DNA of 64,000 nucleotides from Trueperaceae bacterium (GTDB lineage Bacteria; Deinococcota; Deinococci; Deinococcales; Trueperaceae): NCBI GenBank assembly GCA_034520945.1, contig JAXHNB010000005.1, positions 608,001 to 672,000 of the forward strand, read 5' to 3'. Shown piece by piece: positions 62,237 to 64,000 of this stretch (position 1 is its first letter; each line of letters starts with the position of its first letter). The notes under the pieces were generated by a model. It saw only the letters and a program-made list of their open reading frames with translations, ran no database searches and was not told where the DNA came from. The position numbers and the translations under genes were made by a program.

Positions 62237-62605
62237 ATGCCGACCAAGCCGGTCACGACCGACGTCGGACAGGACGTGCTGTTCGGGATCGCCCAGCTCG
62301 CGTTGGAACGGGTGGACGGCCTTCGGCCGTTGGCGCCGCCGGCCCGCGTGGGCGAGTTCCTGACCGGTCGGCGCGCCAAGGGGATGCGGGTGGAACGCAG
62401 CGGCGACGTGGTCGAGATCGATCTCAACGTCACCGTCCGGTACGGTCTGGAGATCCCCAAGCTCGCGGCCCGCGCGCAGAAGGTGGTGCGCGAAGCGGTC
62501 GCCTCGATGACGGGCCTCGACGTGCGCGCCGTCCGCGTGAACGTGGTGGGGATCGACCTGTCGCAACGTCCATCGGACGACGAGGTGGAGGACGCCGGTG
62601 GCTAG
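62237..62605 (+). CDS. Asp23/Gls24 family protein
   Basis: IDLNVTVRYG..IP..A...Q..V...V.SMTGL.V..V.VNV.GI; lies between accC and nusB. Confidence 0.9.
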   Translation: MPTKPVTTDVGQDVLFGIAQLALERVDGLRPLAPPARVGEFLTGRRAKGMRVERSGDVVEIDLNVTVRYGLEIPKLAARAQKVVREAVASMTGLDVRAVRVNVVGIDLSQRPSDDEVEDAGG

Positions 62606-63062
62606 GCGCCGTGCACGCGAACTGGCGTTTCGGGCCCTGTTCCAGGCCGACCGGGGCGGGGTGGACCTGGACACCGTGTGGGCCCAGGTGCGCGCCGAGG
62701 CGGGCGACGGCCGCGATCCGGACGACGAGGATGCCTACGGCGACGTGCTGGACGCCGAGGCATTGGCGTTCGCGCAGCGTTTGGTGCAGGCCTACCGGGA
62801 CCACAAGGCCGAGATCGACGGGGAGCTGACCGACCTCATCGAGGGGTGGACGTTCCCGCAGATGTCGCAGACCGACCTGAACGTGCTGCGCCTGGCGCTG
62901 AGCGAGCTCCGCTACGAGGTGGACGTGCCGGCGCGGGTGACGCTCGAAATGGCGGTGCGCCTGGCCAAGCGCTTCGGCGGCGAGGACTCCGGGCGCTTCG
63001 TGAACGGGGTGCTGGGCGCGGTCTACCGCAAGATGCATCCTAGAGCGGCGGAGGTACCATGA
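62598..63062 (+). CDS. nusB: Transcription antitermination factor NusB
   Basis: RRRARELAF.ALFQ, DLNVLRLA, AVRLAKRFGGEDSGRFVNGVL. Confidence 0.96.
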   Translation: MARRRARELAFRALFQADRGGVDLDTVWAQVRAEAGDGRDPDDEDAYGDVLDAEALAFAQRLVQAYRDHKAEIDGELTDLIEGWTFPQMSQTDLNVLRLALSELRYEVDVPARVTLEMAVRLAKRFGGEDSGRFVNGVLGAVYRKMHPRAAEVP

Positions 63063-63904
63063 GCGCGCAGGTGATGCGGGGCCGCGAGGTGGCGACCGCG
63101 CTGCTGGAGGAGCTGCGGGCGGACGTGGACGCCCTGCCGGCCGCGCCGCGACTGGTGTTCGTGCGGGCCAGCAGCGATCCCGCCAGCGCGTCGTACGTAC
63201 GCTCCAAGGCCAAGCTGGCGGGCAAGGCGGGCGTGCGGCACGAGACCCGCGTCCTGGAGGCGACCGCGTCGCAGCAGGACGTGCTGGACGCCGTCGCCGA
63301 GGCCAACGACGATCCCGACGTCGACGGGGTGTTGGTGCAGTTGCCGCTGCACGACCACCTGGACGCGGGGCCGATCCTGGACGCGGTCGATCCGGACAAG
63401 GACGTGGACGGCCTTCATCCCGTGAACGTGGGACGTCTGTGGAGCGGCCGGCCCGGGTTGGTGCCGGCCACGCCGGCAGGATTGATGCGCATCCTGGATC
63501 ACTACCGCGTGGAGATCGAGGGGCGGCACGTGGTGATCATAGGCCGAAGCGAGCTGGTCGGCAAGCCCGCGGCGGCGCTGTTCCTGCGCCGGCACGCCAC
63601 GGTGACCGTGGCGCACTCCCGCACCCGTGACCTGCCCGCGCAGGTACGACGGGGCGACATCGTGTTGGCGGCGGCGGGCCGGCCGGGCTTGATCCAGCCG
63701 GACATGGTTCGCGCCGGCGCCGTGGTGCTGGACGTGGGGCAGTCCCGCGTGGACGGGTCGCTGCGGGGGGACGTCGCGCCCGAGGTGGCCGAGGTGGCGT
63801 CCGCGCTGACCCCCACGCCCGGCGGGACGGGACCGATGACCGTCGCCATGGTGGTGGCGAATACGGTGGCGGCGGCGCGGGCGCGCCGAGGAAACGGTGT
63901 CTGA
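63059..63904 (+). CDS. folD: Methylenetetrahydrofolate dehydrogenase/cyclohydrolase
   Basis: ASASYVRSK, GVLVQLPL, KDVDGLHP.NVG, GRSELVGKP, TPTPGGTGPMTVAM. Confidence 0.97.
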   Translation: MSAQVMRGREVATALLEELRADVDALPAAPRLVFVRASSDPASASYVRSKAKLAGKAGVRHETRVLEATASQQDVLDAVAEANDDPDVDGVLVQLPLHDHLDAGPILDAVDPDKDVDGLHPVNVGRLWSGRPGLVPATPAGLMRILDHYRVEIEGRHVVIIGRSELVGKPAAALFLRRHATVTVAHSRTRDLPAQVRRGDIVLAAAGRPGLIQPDMVRAGAVVLDVGQSRVDGSLRGDVAPEVAEVASALTPTPGGTGPMTVAMVVANTVAAARARRGNGV

Positions 63905-64000
63905 CATTCTGGCCAACGGGCCCTTGTGGGTCGCGGTGGCCGCGACGGCGGTCGCCCAGGTGGTGAAGGTCCTGCTGGTGTTGGCGACGGAGCGGCGCTG
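63897..64000 (+). CDS. Divergent PAP2 (DUF212) family protein, 3'-truncated
   Basis: MSDILANGPLWVAVAATAVAQVVKV...ERR resembles the N-terminal AQ..K pattern of this family; only 34 codons are visible. Confidence 0.6.
   Translation, partial: MSDILANGPLWVAVAATAVAQVVKVLLVLATERR

Overview
High-GC bacterial DNA, most likely Deinococcota (Truepera-like is an inference). The tmRNA tag GNQNYALAA, the Arg-type EF-P, the efp-accB-accC-asp23-nusB-folD order and many leaderless -10 promoters all fit. (1) 1-15.1 kb: the distal part of a contractile injection system (eCIS/Afp-like: sheath end, tube, tube initiator, VgrG-like spike, PAAR-like tip, gp25, baseplate J with an inserted Asp-box propeller, baseplate-I-like protein). 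It is followed by three paralogous single-pass membrane proteins that share an N-terminal Ig-like module but carry different C-terminal parts (FG-GAP propeller, PKD/Ig, PASTA), a secreted fibre-like protein and small membrane proteins. This block is full of single-base frameshifts up to ~16.2 kb, probably consensus errors, so its gene models are manual reconstructions with approximate internal breakpoints. (2) 15-46 kb: mostly housekeeping and transport genes (tmRNA, vapBC, ABC-F, dxs, three tRNAs, Crp, two peptide-type ABC systems, manA, HNH, ddl). (3) 46.4-58.9 kb: a lipid cluster that looks like a bacterial ceramide/glycosphingolipid pathway (Spt-like, bCerS-like, CerR-like, two glycosyltransferases, a flippase-like protein) next to an FtsX-ABC/MMPL export arm. 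(4) 59-64 kb: a conserved efp-accBC-nusB-folD operon. All family calls come from motif recognition by eye; no database search was run.
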